Position numbers and translations under genes: made by a program
Shown here: positions 1 to 12,050 of the stretch, one piece after another
Numbering within the stretch: position 1 is the first letter of the stretch
Layout: the number at the start of each line of letters is the position of its first letter
Assembly: GCA_040954595.2 (NCBI GenBank)
Contig: CM082598.2
Location: forward strand, 8,881,097 to 8,945,096
Length of the DNA stretch: 64,000 nt
Reading direction: 5' to 3'
Source: Balanoglossus misakiensis
Lineage: Eukaryota; Animalia; Hemichordata
The notes under the pieces: generated by a model
Databases searched by the model: none
Told to the model about the DNA's origin: nothing
Seen by the model: only the letters and a program-made list of their open reading frames with translations

Positions 1-104
1 CGATACTGCGTGACAATACGATTGGTCAATGAGTTTATGACGTATATTAACTGTCAATCATTTTACAGGTGAATTTTCCCACAGTGCCCGTGTGGGGGCG
101 AAAT

Positions 105-250
105 AAGGTATAACAGTCCCTTGGGCCACGCCCTCGGGCCTTACGGCCATCGCACCACAAAACGCCGAATCGGGCCTTAGGCCCTCAAAAGATACGGGCC
201 TTACGGCCCTCGCACGAAACGCCGAATCGATACACATTAGGCGCTAGGGA
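105..250. repeat. End of a small non-autonomous repeat with duplicated GGGCCTTACGGCC hairpin motifs
   Basis: GGGCCTTACGGCC(A/C)TCGCAC...AAACGCCGAATCG occurs twice (about 137-172 and 196-229). Confidence 0.4.
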
Positions 251-627
251 CTGTCGACAGTCTACTTCGAGCCCTGAGAAGTCACTTAGTGACTTACTTT
301 GTACCAGTAATCTTCAAGTACAGACAACCAATAATACCAGCCTCCCTTAGTTTTCTTGAGCTCAGCAAGACTAAAAGTAGACTGTAAATGATGGTCTGTG
401 GATTAAACCCTTTCTAAATTGACCTTTGAATATTTTTCATTTCAGTACGGAGTGTGAGATTTAGGGTTTTGAGTATTTACTGCAATTTCTTGTCTCATTT
501 TAAGTATTTGGCATGTATTAACAACTAATACACGACAGGAAGCCAAGTTTAGGGAGGGGCTTATCTACCTTGTGTGTACATTATACCACAACAAATTATA
601 ATGAAATCAAAGCAAAATTTGAATTGT

Positions 628-930
628 TATTGGGTCCCATTGGTATGTACCATGGGACCATATGGGATAGGTTGCGTCTGTATGTATGTATGTATGTATG
701 TATGGATGGATGGATGGATGTCTGTATGTCCGTCCACATCAAAAACTTGAAAACCGCTGTGTGTATCACCTTGATATTTGGTGTGCTGATGCAGGCTGGG
801 CTGTAGATGGAAGTTTGTTCAAATGAGGTTGTCATTGCCAAGAATATGCAAATAAGCTGGAAAATGTGAATTTGGTCAAAACTCAGTAACTCAAGAACTA
901 CTGGTCAGATTGCTGTGCAAAGTGGTGTGT
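628..930 (+). repeat. Helentron/HINE-like interspersed repeat with (TATG)n/(TGGA)n microsatellite
   Basis: Short inverted repeat GGTCCCAT...ATGGGACC, followed by a GTAT/GGAT microsatellite and a TATGCAAAT-containing core. Layout resembles 31220-31735. Family assignment is inference. Confidence 0.45.
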
Positions 931-2184
931 ATTTACTTTATTGAGTTGTTTTAATTAGACAGGAACTTTCTCCTGTGATTCATATAAACACAGCAAATTC
1001 CTGAATGATTACATAACTGGCTAAGTTTTAAAGAGGCCAGCTGTTCTATTTAGTGTATGCACAGTACATATGCCATTGGCAGCTTATGGGTCAGTCAGTG
1101 TTTGCCCATTGATCTCTCACTATGTGTGTGTGTGTGTGTGTCTGTCTGTCTGTATATGGCCATGATCTCCGGTGTAGACTTTTTCTTGTGTAATCACTCA
1201 ATGGGACCACCGTGTCCTTGACGCGATTTTTTAAGGACATTTTGTCTTATACCACACACAATTTCATCTCAAGAAAAGATAACAAACCTGTAAATAGTTC
1301 TTTGCAAATAAGAGGACCCCCTTCCCCTAATGAGTCAGCCAATTTCTACATGTTGACATAACAAGAGACCAGCTGTTCTATTCGGTGTATGTACAGTACA
1401 GGTTCCGTTTTGTTGGAGTCATATCTGTAACGTTGCTACACTGTTGAAAACGTTACAGTGAGAACAAGGCATATTTGGTCTATGTTCAGTAACACATGCC
1501 AATGACAGCTTCTGGGTCAATCAGTATTTGTCTGTTGATCTGTCTCTACGTACCGGTATGTTTTCTCAAGGCATTGCAGGAGAAAAATTCCTCTGCACAA
1601 ATTCTGCCAACATTTCCCTCCCCCCCCCCCACAAAAAAAAAAATTCTCCACCTCCAGAAATCATGTGGTTCTAGTGATGTTTATTGAAAAACTCGAACAC
1701 TGAAGTTTACTCGGAAAGTACAGACCATAATTAGTCTGGTCCCCTGCCCCAATCCCACTGCTGGCTGCGCTACGCTAAAGGGAAAGGGGTCAGGTACGGC
1801 CAGATTGCATGCCCACAAACCTGGGAAGACCACGTGATCATAAACAATATGGATGCCTCCAATGTCTGTACGCCAGTCAAGATTCATCCAGGCAGTTTAT
1901 TTTGTTTCGTTTGTCACCATTGCATAGACAATATCACATCTCCCTTCTTTGAACTGGAAACAATAAATATTCAATGTGTAGTGTAGATGGCAAAGTAAAT
2001 GGTGCATGCAGGCCCACAAAATATGCGCTTACCCAGGTATTTTATCAGTACAGTCGACTTGACAAATTGAATACGTCTTGTGCCAATCCTTGTACTCATG
2101 ACAATCGTGTAAACACCGATCTCAGATATAGGACTGATTTGACATTGTTGGGTCCTACAAACGTTCAGGTCACACCGACCTTAC

Positions 2185-2320
2185 CTATGACTGTTTTGAC
2201 ATTGCCACATTCTGCAATCATCCGGGTCAGTTCTCCAGTTCCACATCCGAGATCCAAGACCACTTCCTCGCTTTCCCAGTCATCATTCCACAGAGACAAC
2301 AAGTGCTGACCACATCGATC
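2185..2320 (-). pseudogene. Isolated exon of a class I SAM-dependent methyltransferase (JHAMT-like N-terminal part)
   Basis: Translation EEVVLDLGCGTGELTRMIAECGNVKTVIG contains SAM motif I and ends at a donor site G|GTAAGG (2185). No clear start or following exon found. Confidence 0.6.
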
Positions 2321-2801
2321 GATGTTGTCCTGCACTATTACGCGAATAATCTTCGGGACTGGCACCCACGTTGATTGTTTTGTAGTCAAGAGAGGGCACA
2401 GACGTCAATACATGTATGTTCACTGAACAGAGTCCGTGTGTGCCCTCAGGCCTTATGCACACGTATATAACCTGGACTGAACTCTACTTCAACCTGTGTG
2501 ACCTGCAGTTATCACAGCCATGAGTGGGTCGGCCATTTTGTCTTGTATGACAGAATAAGATTTCAAAAACTTTTTGTGGAAGGGGAATCGGGTCCCACAC
2601 CCCTCCATCCACTTCTCATTCCCTTTGTTCTTTATAATGACACAATGCGAAACCATGTTTTATTCATGTGTACTGATCTTAGGGAGCATGCAGTTAATAT
2701 AGCCAGGAGGGGGCCGGAAGTATTGCATCCCTGGCCAGTAAATGATTGCTCTAGCATAGCTTTAGTATCCATGTCTAAAACCTTGAAAGAACATTTTTTT
2801 T

Positions 2802-3443
2802 CTATTTGGGAAGATTTGTCTCGTTCAGTCTGTCAGGTGTTGCAGGGAAGTTCTCAACTAGTGAATGTACCACAACATCCATCTCGTCATCCAGTTTTTC
2901 GTCTTCTTTTGTGTGGCTCAAATATGCCCTTGATAATGTGCCAGCGACATACATCTCTTTTCGTGGTACATATCTGACGTTGAGCTGGTATCTTTGTAAC
3001 TTGATCATCATGCGCTGAAGTCGGGGAGATGCCTTGCACAGCGGTTTCTTTAGGATTGTCTCGAGTGGCTTGTGGTCCGACTGGACTTCCATGACCCTTC
3101 CATACACATACTGGTGGAAACGCTCACAAGAGAATATGATCACAAGCATCTCTTTTTCTATTTGTGCATTATTCTGCTCCATCTGAGTTAGTGAGCGTGA
3201 TGCATATGCTATGGGTTGGTCATCTTGAAATACACATGATCCAAGGCCTTTCTGGGATGCAACTGTCTGTATGCGTACAGGCTTGTTAACATCAATGAAC
3301 TTCAGCACAGGTCCACAGGTCAGGCATTCTTTGATCCGATCCAGTGCACAGCCTTGTTCATGTCCCCACATCCACAAGACCTTGCCAGAGAGTAGCTCAC
3401 GAAGTGGTGCAGTCGTCTCAGACATGTTTGGAATGTACTGAGA
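2802..3443 (-). mobile_element. Ty3/gypsy pol fragment (RT connection + RNase H), degenerate
   Basis: Motifs TAPLRELL, PIAYASRSLT, EKEML, DHKPL and RLQRMMIKLQRY. Catalytic DAS is VAS and ADxLSR is AGTLSR. No LTRs seen. Confidence 0.9.
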
Positions 3444-5198
3444 TTAACATTTGACCGTAAAAAATATTGCTACCTTGTTTTGGAATTGAAGTAAATGCTT
3501 GATTATAATGAATGTTCTTATTTTGTGTTTGTTACAGGGATAGGAATCAGGTGGATGCAGATATTTTGGAGAAGCAAGCTGATATATGATTAGATACCTG
3601 CAACAACACAACGCCCAGTTGGGAAGAAGAATTATTAAGTTAACAGCGTCACCCTTATAAACCTTTCACCCCATTTCTAGTATATGGGTTAAACCATATT
3701 GAAAACAATGGACTGAACCATACTGTAGGGGTGGAAAGGTCAGAATAAAGACTCGGCTGTCATCAATGACTGGAAAATAAACCACATAAGGCTGATCTCA
3801 AACATTTGACAAGTCACTTAGTATGTAAGCATGTTTTGGTGTTGTTCCCAATTAGGTTTCAATGTAAGAGGTCAAAACTCAGTAGTCTGCACCAGGTTCT
3901 GCACCAGGCACTTTTTCAAAAAAGGGAACTCTGCGCCATGTGTTTGCACCATGCATTTTGCGCCACCCTTTGCGCCAAGCGATCTGCGCCACCCTATTCA
4001 CGTACGTGCATGTGTAGGATGGACGCCTACAACGCCCTGTTTACTAGCGGTGGACTGTCTACAAGAAAGATGTTCCCCCGATCGTGGATTTTTTTAAATG
4101 TGTATTATTATTATTATTATTATTATTATGATTATTATTATTACCAGTTAAGGGGTTTAAAGAATTATATAAACAATTTATCAATTTAATAAGCACGGGT
4201 GGATTTTCTGTACAATCATTCCTGATTCTTCAGATTCATAATTTAGCGCTAAAGACAACATTTTTCAAAGTGGCCTATGTATCTAAAATTGCAGACGACG
4301 TTTCAACGTTTTCGGTTGGAGATTTTCTACTTATTCACAAAAAGACCATGGGTATTGTTAATTAAAACCTTGTTACCCAGTGAGTCTGGTGGCATGTGTA
4401 CGACAGATCTGAGGTAAAAAACTTCACTCGAAACCCAACGCAAGTTTATTTACGTACAACATTGTAGCAATTTTTCGTATGTTTGCGCGCGCTCTGAAAT
4501 CACCCAATGTCAACTGAGTGTGAACGAGCTGTTTCGCGTCGTGTTGTCTGCCCAGTTTTCGTGGCTAAAACGATAGGAATAATACCCCAGTTGGCTTTAG
4601 AATTGCACATATCGTGAGATTTGAGCGCCATAGTAACCGCAGATATCGTGGAACAGGAAGGTTAGTGTTAAAATCATTGTTTTTAATCGAAATATTGACC
4701 TCTGAGTTATGCTACGTTTGTGTCGGTGTCAAACGGACGCAAAGTTTACACGACAGCCAAATAGAATCGGAGAAATGAAGAAATGTTATCACAATACTTT
4801 GAATTTCGTGTTATTATTTCTCGGGAATTTTATTGTTTTCTCAGACGAGGTGACAGGACAGACCCACGAGGCATCTTAACAGTGTTCGCGGTTACGCTAA
4901 AAAGTGCGTATTATACGCATAAGATTTATTTTAACGCATTTTTCTGATGACAGTGTGTTTGACTGTACGCACTTAAATACTAGGGTAAGCCTATATTCAA
5001 GATTCACGTTTCAAGTTTCAAGATTCCCGTTTCAAGTTTCACGTTCCACAGCCCAAGATTCATATTCTGATTCAGATTTGAGTCTTGTCACGTCTACATT
5101 GCATTCACTTGATTCAGAATATAGGAATTAGTCCTTTTGCTTTAGTTATCGGTTGTAAAATATACCCGGACCTTTTCAGGGCTACACCCAAACCAAAC

Positions 5199-5234
5199 GG
5201 CCCTTTTCAGGGCCACCACATCCTCCAAAAAGAG
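5199..5234 (+). terminator. Replication-dependent histone mRNA 3' stem-loop plus purine-rich downstream element, with no histone ORF upstream
   Basis: AAAC-GGCCCT-TTTC-AGGGCC-ACCAC forms a perfect 6-bp stem and 4-nt loop (5199-5214), followed by AAAAAGAG. A degenerate second copy GGACCTTTTCAGGGCT lies at 5168-5183. Confidence 0.75.
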
Positions 5235-5352
5235 TTTGCCGTAATAAAATATCCAAGAACATTTTCTGAAACATAAGCACAAACACATAACTAACATGTA
5301 TACACACACTATTTATTATCAAACATTTTAGAAAAGTTTGTACAAGGGATAA

Positions 5353-5595
5353 TTATGCTCACATATCACACTTCCATTTCATATTTTTTCTTTTCAAGAA
5401 TATCTCTGTACCTTTGACATTTACACATACCCAATGATACCAACTGCAACAGAAATCACAGAAAATACTCATCTCAGAAAATATCTCTGGATCATCTACA
5501 CATACTTTTGAACATACCTTGCAAATGCATTCCACACCTGATGGCGAGCTTGTATTTCCACCAAGCCCATCTTTACATGTGTGTTCAAAATTAAA
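5353..5595 (-). pseudogene. PHD finger in frame with, but downstream of, the YqaJ gene stop codon
   Basis: Read-through gives ...ICKVCSKVC...CDFCCSWYHWVC...WKCDM*A*. The last PHD Cys position is TGA (5359-5361). AATAAA on the minus strand at 5312-5317. Confidence 0.8.
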
Positions 5596-8500
5596 TTATA
5601 CCGTTTCAATTTGTTTCTTAACATTACCATGAATAAGTTCAGGCATTATTATAGATTTAAATACAATCAGACATTTTGAAAATACTTCTTCCATGAAGAT
5701 GGGATCAAAACATACTTCTTCGAAATGCAAATTGTTGAAAGGGCTTGCTGTTCTCAATGCAAAATAACCAACCCCAGCTTCCATGGAAAGAAGTTGCCCC
5801 TGTACTTGAAAGAAATATGGATGACTGGCTTTCAGTTTTATTTGACCGGAAGGGGTTATATGTAAACAAGAATCTGTGAGCTCAGCATATTTAGGGATGG
5901 ACAGATGTCTCATTTTATATGGGTTCTTAACTTCAAGTGGACGAACCCCACAACAATCACAACTCACAAGTGCATCTGGGGAGGCAGCAATTATGGGACA
6001 CTTGGCATACAACATCAGGCCACACTTCTTTACAATCATTTTCTTATGGTATCTCTTATTAATATTGGAAAATTGTTGGATAGCAAGACTTTCATTGTAT
6101 CTTCCCCACTGAATGGCTGGTGAACAAAAAGGAGGGTTATAATTCATGACAGATTTTATAAAAGAAACATTCCTGTCACTTACAGTTCCATCAAATGAAA
6201 CCTTACGAGAAATATCAAATAGTTTAGTGGCTGTTATGCGACCCACACGATATTTGTACCACAAATCAGAATCAGATTGATCTATGGTTGCATCACTAAC
6301 TGACTGTACAACGATACTGTCAACAGGTTTAGTTGCTATATCAAAGAAATCCTGTGAACTCAACTGTTCCGCAAGTTCTGTCAAAGAAGGGGGCAAAACA
6401 TGCTCTTTTGTTACAGAAGTCTCTTCCTGAGTGATGATAACTTCTTCTGCAACAGAACAGTCTGATAAATCTGGTTGTTGATGATTGGGATCTGCAGCAT
6501 TAATATAACAAAATATTCCAGCATTTCCACCAGTGACATCTCTGAGACTGTCAAGATCGAAGTCTTCAACTTTAACTTGTTGTCGATCTTCCACAGCCCG
6601 AGGATCATACCGGAACCGTTTTGACTTTGAGACATGCTCCTCCACAACACAGTTACCTGCATGTATACCAAAGACAATTGGCTACTCAAAAGTATTCGTT
6701 ATTAAAATAACTTTACGGAGTATGATTCACCATGCAAACAAAAATAAAATACCCCCAAAATTATCATCATTCATGTAAATATTTTTTCTAACAATCCTAC
6801 AATAAAAGATGTTTTGTCATCTCCCTGTAATGGTAGAGAATAAGACAAGAAACTCACCTTTCACCTTATGTATAGTAATGTCCTCAAGGAAGGATGGTCT
6901 GTGTAACTTTTTGGACGGAACATGCCACAACTGACGCTGTTGTGTCACAACTCTGTTCTCTCCACGTGCCACCAACTCAATGATATGATGACACAATGCT
7001 GCAATATGTTTGCATGTGCCGTTGACCCTACATATAAATAAACCAAACAGTACCATATAAACACATGTACTAATATTTCTGCTAAGGTTAGGGGGACATT
7101 GGCAAATGACAAGGGAATGCTGGTAACACTTCTGATGTCCCTGAGTATAACTGCAAGCAGCATAGATATACCCAGTAAAACCCAGGTAAAACGACTGGGA
7201 AACCCTGGTTACATTTACCTACATGCTGCCTTTAACAAAACCACTGACTATGCTCATATCACAAGTGCAATACAATTTATGCCCCTGTCAATCTACACCT
7301 ATAAAAACCAGACTCACCCTCCAGGACAAGAACAATATCCATCTACTATCAAACATTTCTCTTTATGGATAATGATCCAGCAGGCATATGGTTCTTCACG
7401 GATACTGGTTTCTCTGATGACCCTAGCTTTCACAAAACAATATGGAATATCTGCCGCAATACCATGATACTTCACAGCTTGGACATGTTCAGACAAATGG
7501 AGAGACTTTCCATCTCTCAAGGACTCTTTCCCTGCAGTCTTTATGCCAAAGACTTTGTTTCCTATGGGAAAAAAAATAATGTTAAAATTTCTATTTAACA
7601 AACAAAATACAGTATGTATTGCTACAGTAATATATTATTTTGTATGAATATATATGTATCACTATTTACTAGAAATAATGTTACTAAATTATAAATATAT
7701 CTATATTGATCACTATATATACTAAATTACTATTTACATATACTGGTGTGTTTGTGTGTGTGTGTTGTTAAAATATTACTGCATAATGAACATGTATATA
7801 TTTTAAATCTAAATTATTGATTACATTACACATCTATAAAATAATTATGTAAATACTCACTTGTTATTTATTTACTCAATAACCTATAAAAAGAACAAAA
7901 TAACCTATAAAATGAACAAAATAAACATTAAAAAAGTAAAAATAATATATATAAATAGCAACACACCAATAACCAAGGCATTCATACAATTCTATAACAT
8001 ACTTCTGTGACTACTTGAGTATTTACTCAATAAATTGATGATCTATAAAATTTGATAATTGCTTAAACAACTAGATATAGACAATAATGAAAACAATAAA
8101 TGTATATATATAGACAGGCAGATAATAAAGAGCAGTCAATATTTGAACCGCATTGCTGTACACGTAATAATAATTATTCAATGGCACACTAGTGATAAAT
8201 TAGATCGGCTGATGCATAGCATGGTAGCAGTATTACAGGCTAGCTTGGTGATCGGTAACGCCGGTTTAATAATACAAAAACTGGAACACATACTTGCATC
8301 AAAGTAATTCTCCACGCCACCCGGTACCAAGTCTGGAAAACTGCCAGGCGTATCCTCCCAGCCGAAATCGATGGTGTCTGGATCGGGCAGACGAATTAAA
8401 CCGTCGTTCAGAATCAATTTCCCAGTCTTGACATCGCTGATTTCCTTTTTTTGCTCGGGGATCGACGGTTTAGATATCAAACCTAACTTCACAGCCGCAC

Positions 8501-8621
8501 AGCAGTTTTCAACCAGTTCATGTTTCAATTGATCCCCAACTGGAACACCTCGAGCGATCAAAAACTGTCTTAGCTCATTAACTTTCCAAGTTTCAAACGG
8601 TTGCAGACCAGCAGCGGCCAT
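5596..8621 (-). CDS. Transposon-type SAP-SWIM-YqaJ (lambda-exonuclease-like) nuclease, 4 exons, 600 aa
   Basis: Exons 8621-8294, 7561-7318, 7027-6858 and 6656-5596, all GT-AG and phase-compatible (1803 nt). SAP-like WKVNELRQFLIARGV; SWIM CSCPGG/VNGTCKH split over an intron; YqaJ motifs WYKYRVGRITAT, WGRYNE, ASPD, EVKNPY, YFFQVQGQ. Confidence 0.88.
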
Positions 8622-9445
8622 GCTTGTTTTTGTACAGACTGCCAAATGCAGATAGCCAAATGCCCCCAAACAATCCCACAATGCACCACGCGCGGTAAAG
8701 ATGGCGGTATCCGCGACACGGGTTATGGGGCAAGACCTGTAATTCATTTCCCATAGACGACAATGGCAGCGTTGAGCTAAATATTCCTATTTTATAACGT
8801 TCAGCGAGCTGAATCCCATTAACTGCAGTCAGAACATGGTCTGTTTGTGCACAGGCTAAATTTTCGTGCAGGCAAGTCCATGGATTTTTTTCGGGAGAGG
8901 TCAAAATAGCGCCCCCAGTGGTAATTTTGAAAAAAATTATGCCAAAGTGCACAGTCGCCTCATCTTGCATTACTCCGCTGTGTACAACAACATTACACCA
9001 CATTCTCTCACACCAGTGGGAATTTTGAATGCATCTCAAAATGCTCTCTCCAAAAATGCTACATATCCATGGTAAATCCTATTGAGCATCAATTCAGGTC
9101 TCAAAATATTAGGCAATGCACTACTTTTTTTACGGACTATCTTTGTGGGTAACGAACCAGGAAGTGAATTACAGGTCTTGTGCCTTATGGTGCGATCTCA
9201 GGCCAAGGGTCTCCGACGACACTAAATCCATATACCAGCCACTGCTGTGTGGGGCGCTATTCACTGTGTCACATTTTGATATACAATGTATAGAGGTTTT
9301 TCATCTACGTCACTATCCCCATGACAACACAGGACGCCGCCATGTTGGAGGCACTCTGGAGGCACTCGTACTCTAGCGCTGGCGCGACATTTGAGTGTAT
9401 TGTTTACGTCGCAACCTACACTTGCGACCGCCCATTCTTTTTACA

Positions 9446-9662
9446 ATGGTTGTCAAATGCAGCGTTTTTGGATGTTCCCATCGAAAGGATAGGGAAACCC
9501 ACTTGCAGTTTTATAGATTGCCTGCCGTGATATCAAATCAAGGACCAGAATGTGAAAAATTGAACAGTGAGAGACGGCGCGAATGGTTAGCCAGGATCGG
9601 CCAAAACTTTGATCATAAGAACCTAGACAACGTCCGGGTTTGTTCGAGTCATTTTTTTAGTG
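9446..9662 (+). pseudogene. THAP-domain first exon of the ISL2EU-like transposase (DDE part missing)
   Basis: MVVKCSVFGC...FYRLP...RRREWLARI...RVCSSHF is a THAP C2CH domain. Donor G|GTAAGT at 9662. Confidence 0.85.
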
Positions 9663-10254
9663 GTAAGTTTTACTGGAAACTTTTGAAACCTTGTTATATC
9701 ACACACCGAATAAATGTTTCACAACTTGGCATCAACAATATTTACGGATTTGCATTTGGCCGCGACAAAAACACGCGAATCTGCAGATAACACAACTGAA
9801 CTTACACTGGCAGCGAGCTGTCGTCGTCGGCCGGCGGCGGTATCGATAAACCGTACCGGTGATGCTTAGAGTCAGATATACTTGTTGGTCACGGACATGC
9901 ATTTCTGTTGACTGAAAAAAACAACTTTACTTTATGGATTTTTACGGCTGTTTGATGAGTCGCACTCATTTGGTAAAGCACTCTTTCTAAAAAAAAGTCT
10001 GTAAGTGTTTTGTTTACATTCGCGGGGTCAAACCAGGTCAGTTTCAATGCTGGGTTCGACAACGCGTAGGAACAATGCAAATTTACGCTGAAAATTATTA
10101 CACTAAATTTAGGCCCCTGCCTGGAAGTGTGATACCTCGTTTTGTATTGTTTTTAAAAAAATGTGTTGCCATACCCATTATCCAGAAATATCAGGAAATG
10201 GAATCAAATGCGCCCCTAGCATTAGCGGGTCAAAGGTCATGCCATGTGAAAGAT

Positions 10255-12050
10255 TGATGATATGAGGCTCATTGATGGTTTTTCTGGGTTTGTTCTGCAT
10301 ACCATCTTAGCCTTTGACGCAGTGACTCTACCAGTTCTGTATTCAAACCACTCCTTTGATTTTGACTGTTCTCTGGTTTGAAGCTCAACTGTTTTGATGT
10401 GCTCTTTAGTTACAGTGATTTCCAGTCTGGAACATTCATTAAGTAAATCTGAATACCCAAGACTGGTGCAATTTCATCAAACAAACTCGACAAAGAATCG
10501 GGAAACAGTCCAACAGCAGGCTTTGGAACATATTCAGCAGCATAAGGTTGAATTAATGACAGCAATGCAGGCTTTGCACCACTTTGATGGATGTCCTGAT
10601 AAAACAGTTGTAGCTCCTGCTGTGTCGGGGGTGGAATGTTATTCAGTTTTGAAGTGGGGGGTTTCTGACCCAGTGGAGCTTGTGTATCAAGTGCAAAGTC
10701 TAACCGTTTCTTTTTTTATTTTGCTGAAGTAAAATCGATATCTTTGATTTCTCTATATGCAGCCTTCTTCATAGAAGTTGGAAGAAGCCAATATGCTTTT
10801 TCATTTGTAACAGTTCCAGAATCCCGAATCTTCACAGTAGCTTCAACAGCAAATAGTGTGGCTGCCACATGAGTACATGTTTCTCCCAGTCCAGCCATAC
10901 AGTCACAATGGGCACAGATGACACTGCCATTTTTCTTGATGATTATCCAGGGTTGTAGGGGCTTGTCACTTAATCTTTGTGAATGCAAAACCTAGAAGAG
11001 CAATAAAAACAACTTTTAATGAATACAAAATAATATTAATAACAATGAAGGAAATTCACAAATTTCCATAAAATAAAGCTCTGAGCACACAGCTATTTTG
11101 TTAAAGTTATCGTGTCAAATATTAACAACATACAAATAATATCAGCCAATAAAGGTTACCACACAAACAACAACAGCAACAAACACCTCAGTCCTGGTTA
11201 TTGAGTTTGTTAACTATTATCCTCATGAAGTCAATTGCATTTGTGCTTTTTTATATTGCCTGGACAAAAGGTTATCATCAAGAAGTTGTTTATGTCATAA
11301 ACCTGGTTTTGGCTATATACCCAGGTACATCCAAACAACAGGGGGTCAGTCACATGTTGTGATTTTGACTTTTTTGTAGAGTATAATCTGAACAAAATAA
11401 ATTATAAAATTCTTTAGTACATTTTGAAGCATAGTGTGTATTGGCAGCCATATAATAGCACACAGCGATTTTCACCCCCCCCCCCCCCCCCATGGGGAGT
11501 TTCTCCTGAAAACAACTGTTCTCGGTGTTTGAGCCTAAAGCTGTCTTTTGTGACTGATCGGAACGATGTACAACAGTGGATACATAAAACTTGAAACTCC
11601 CGTAGTTTTTTGGGATGACCTAAGCAAGTCTACATGTGTACTGGAGTTATGGGGCGAAATACATCAAGGTGTACGAACAAATATTCAGAGAAGTTCAAGT
11701 AGTAAGTACACAATGTACTACGATATCTTACCTTTGCTGTCACAACACAGTGTCCATTGCGGAAGTTTGTTGACAACCCTCTAACCCATCCACAAACAAA
11801 CTGATTGTACGCTTCTAGGCTTTTATAGCATTTTAAGTCTTCCAGAGTGTATGGACTAGTTGAATACCAAATAATTTACAATGTCCGGATATGTTACCGA
11901 TGGTAACAAAGCAACGTCTAACGACCAATCTTTGGCGTCCAAAGTGTAAGGGTCCAAGTGTCCAATCGACGATATTTTTTCATCATATCGTAATTTTTCT
12001 GCGCCGGATAGAGATTGACGATGAGTACAGCATGATTTCTTCCTGTACAT
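10255..12050 (-). pseudogene. SWIM-YqaJ gene remnant of the ISL2EU-like element
   Basis: Exon ~12050-11732 is frameshifted near 11858 ([14 protein letters not shown]...[15 protein letters not shown]). Exon from 10991 has SWIM CDCMAGLGETCTH and ends after REQSKSKEWFEYRTGRVTAS. Confidence 0.85.

Noticed and set aside
5090-5200. Histone gene upstream of the stem-loop
   Set aside because: No H1/H2A/H2B/H3/H4-like reading frame was recognised nearby.
8178-8747. 189-aa single-exon ORF
   Set aside because: The true exon is 8621-8294; the remainder is upstream and intron read-through.
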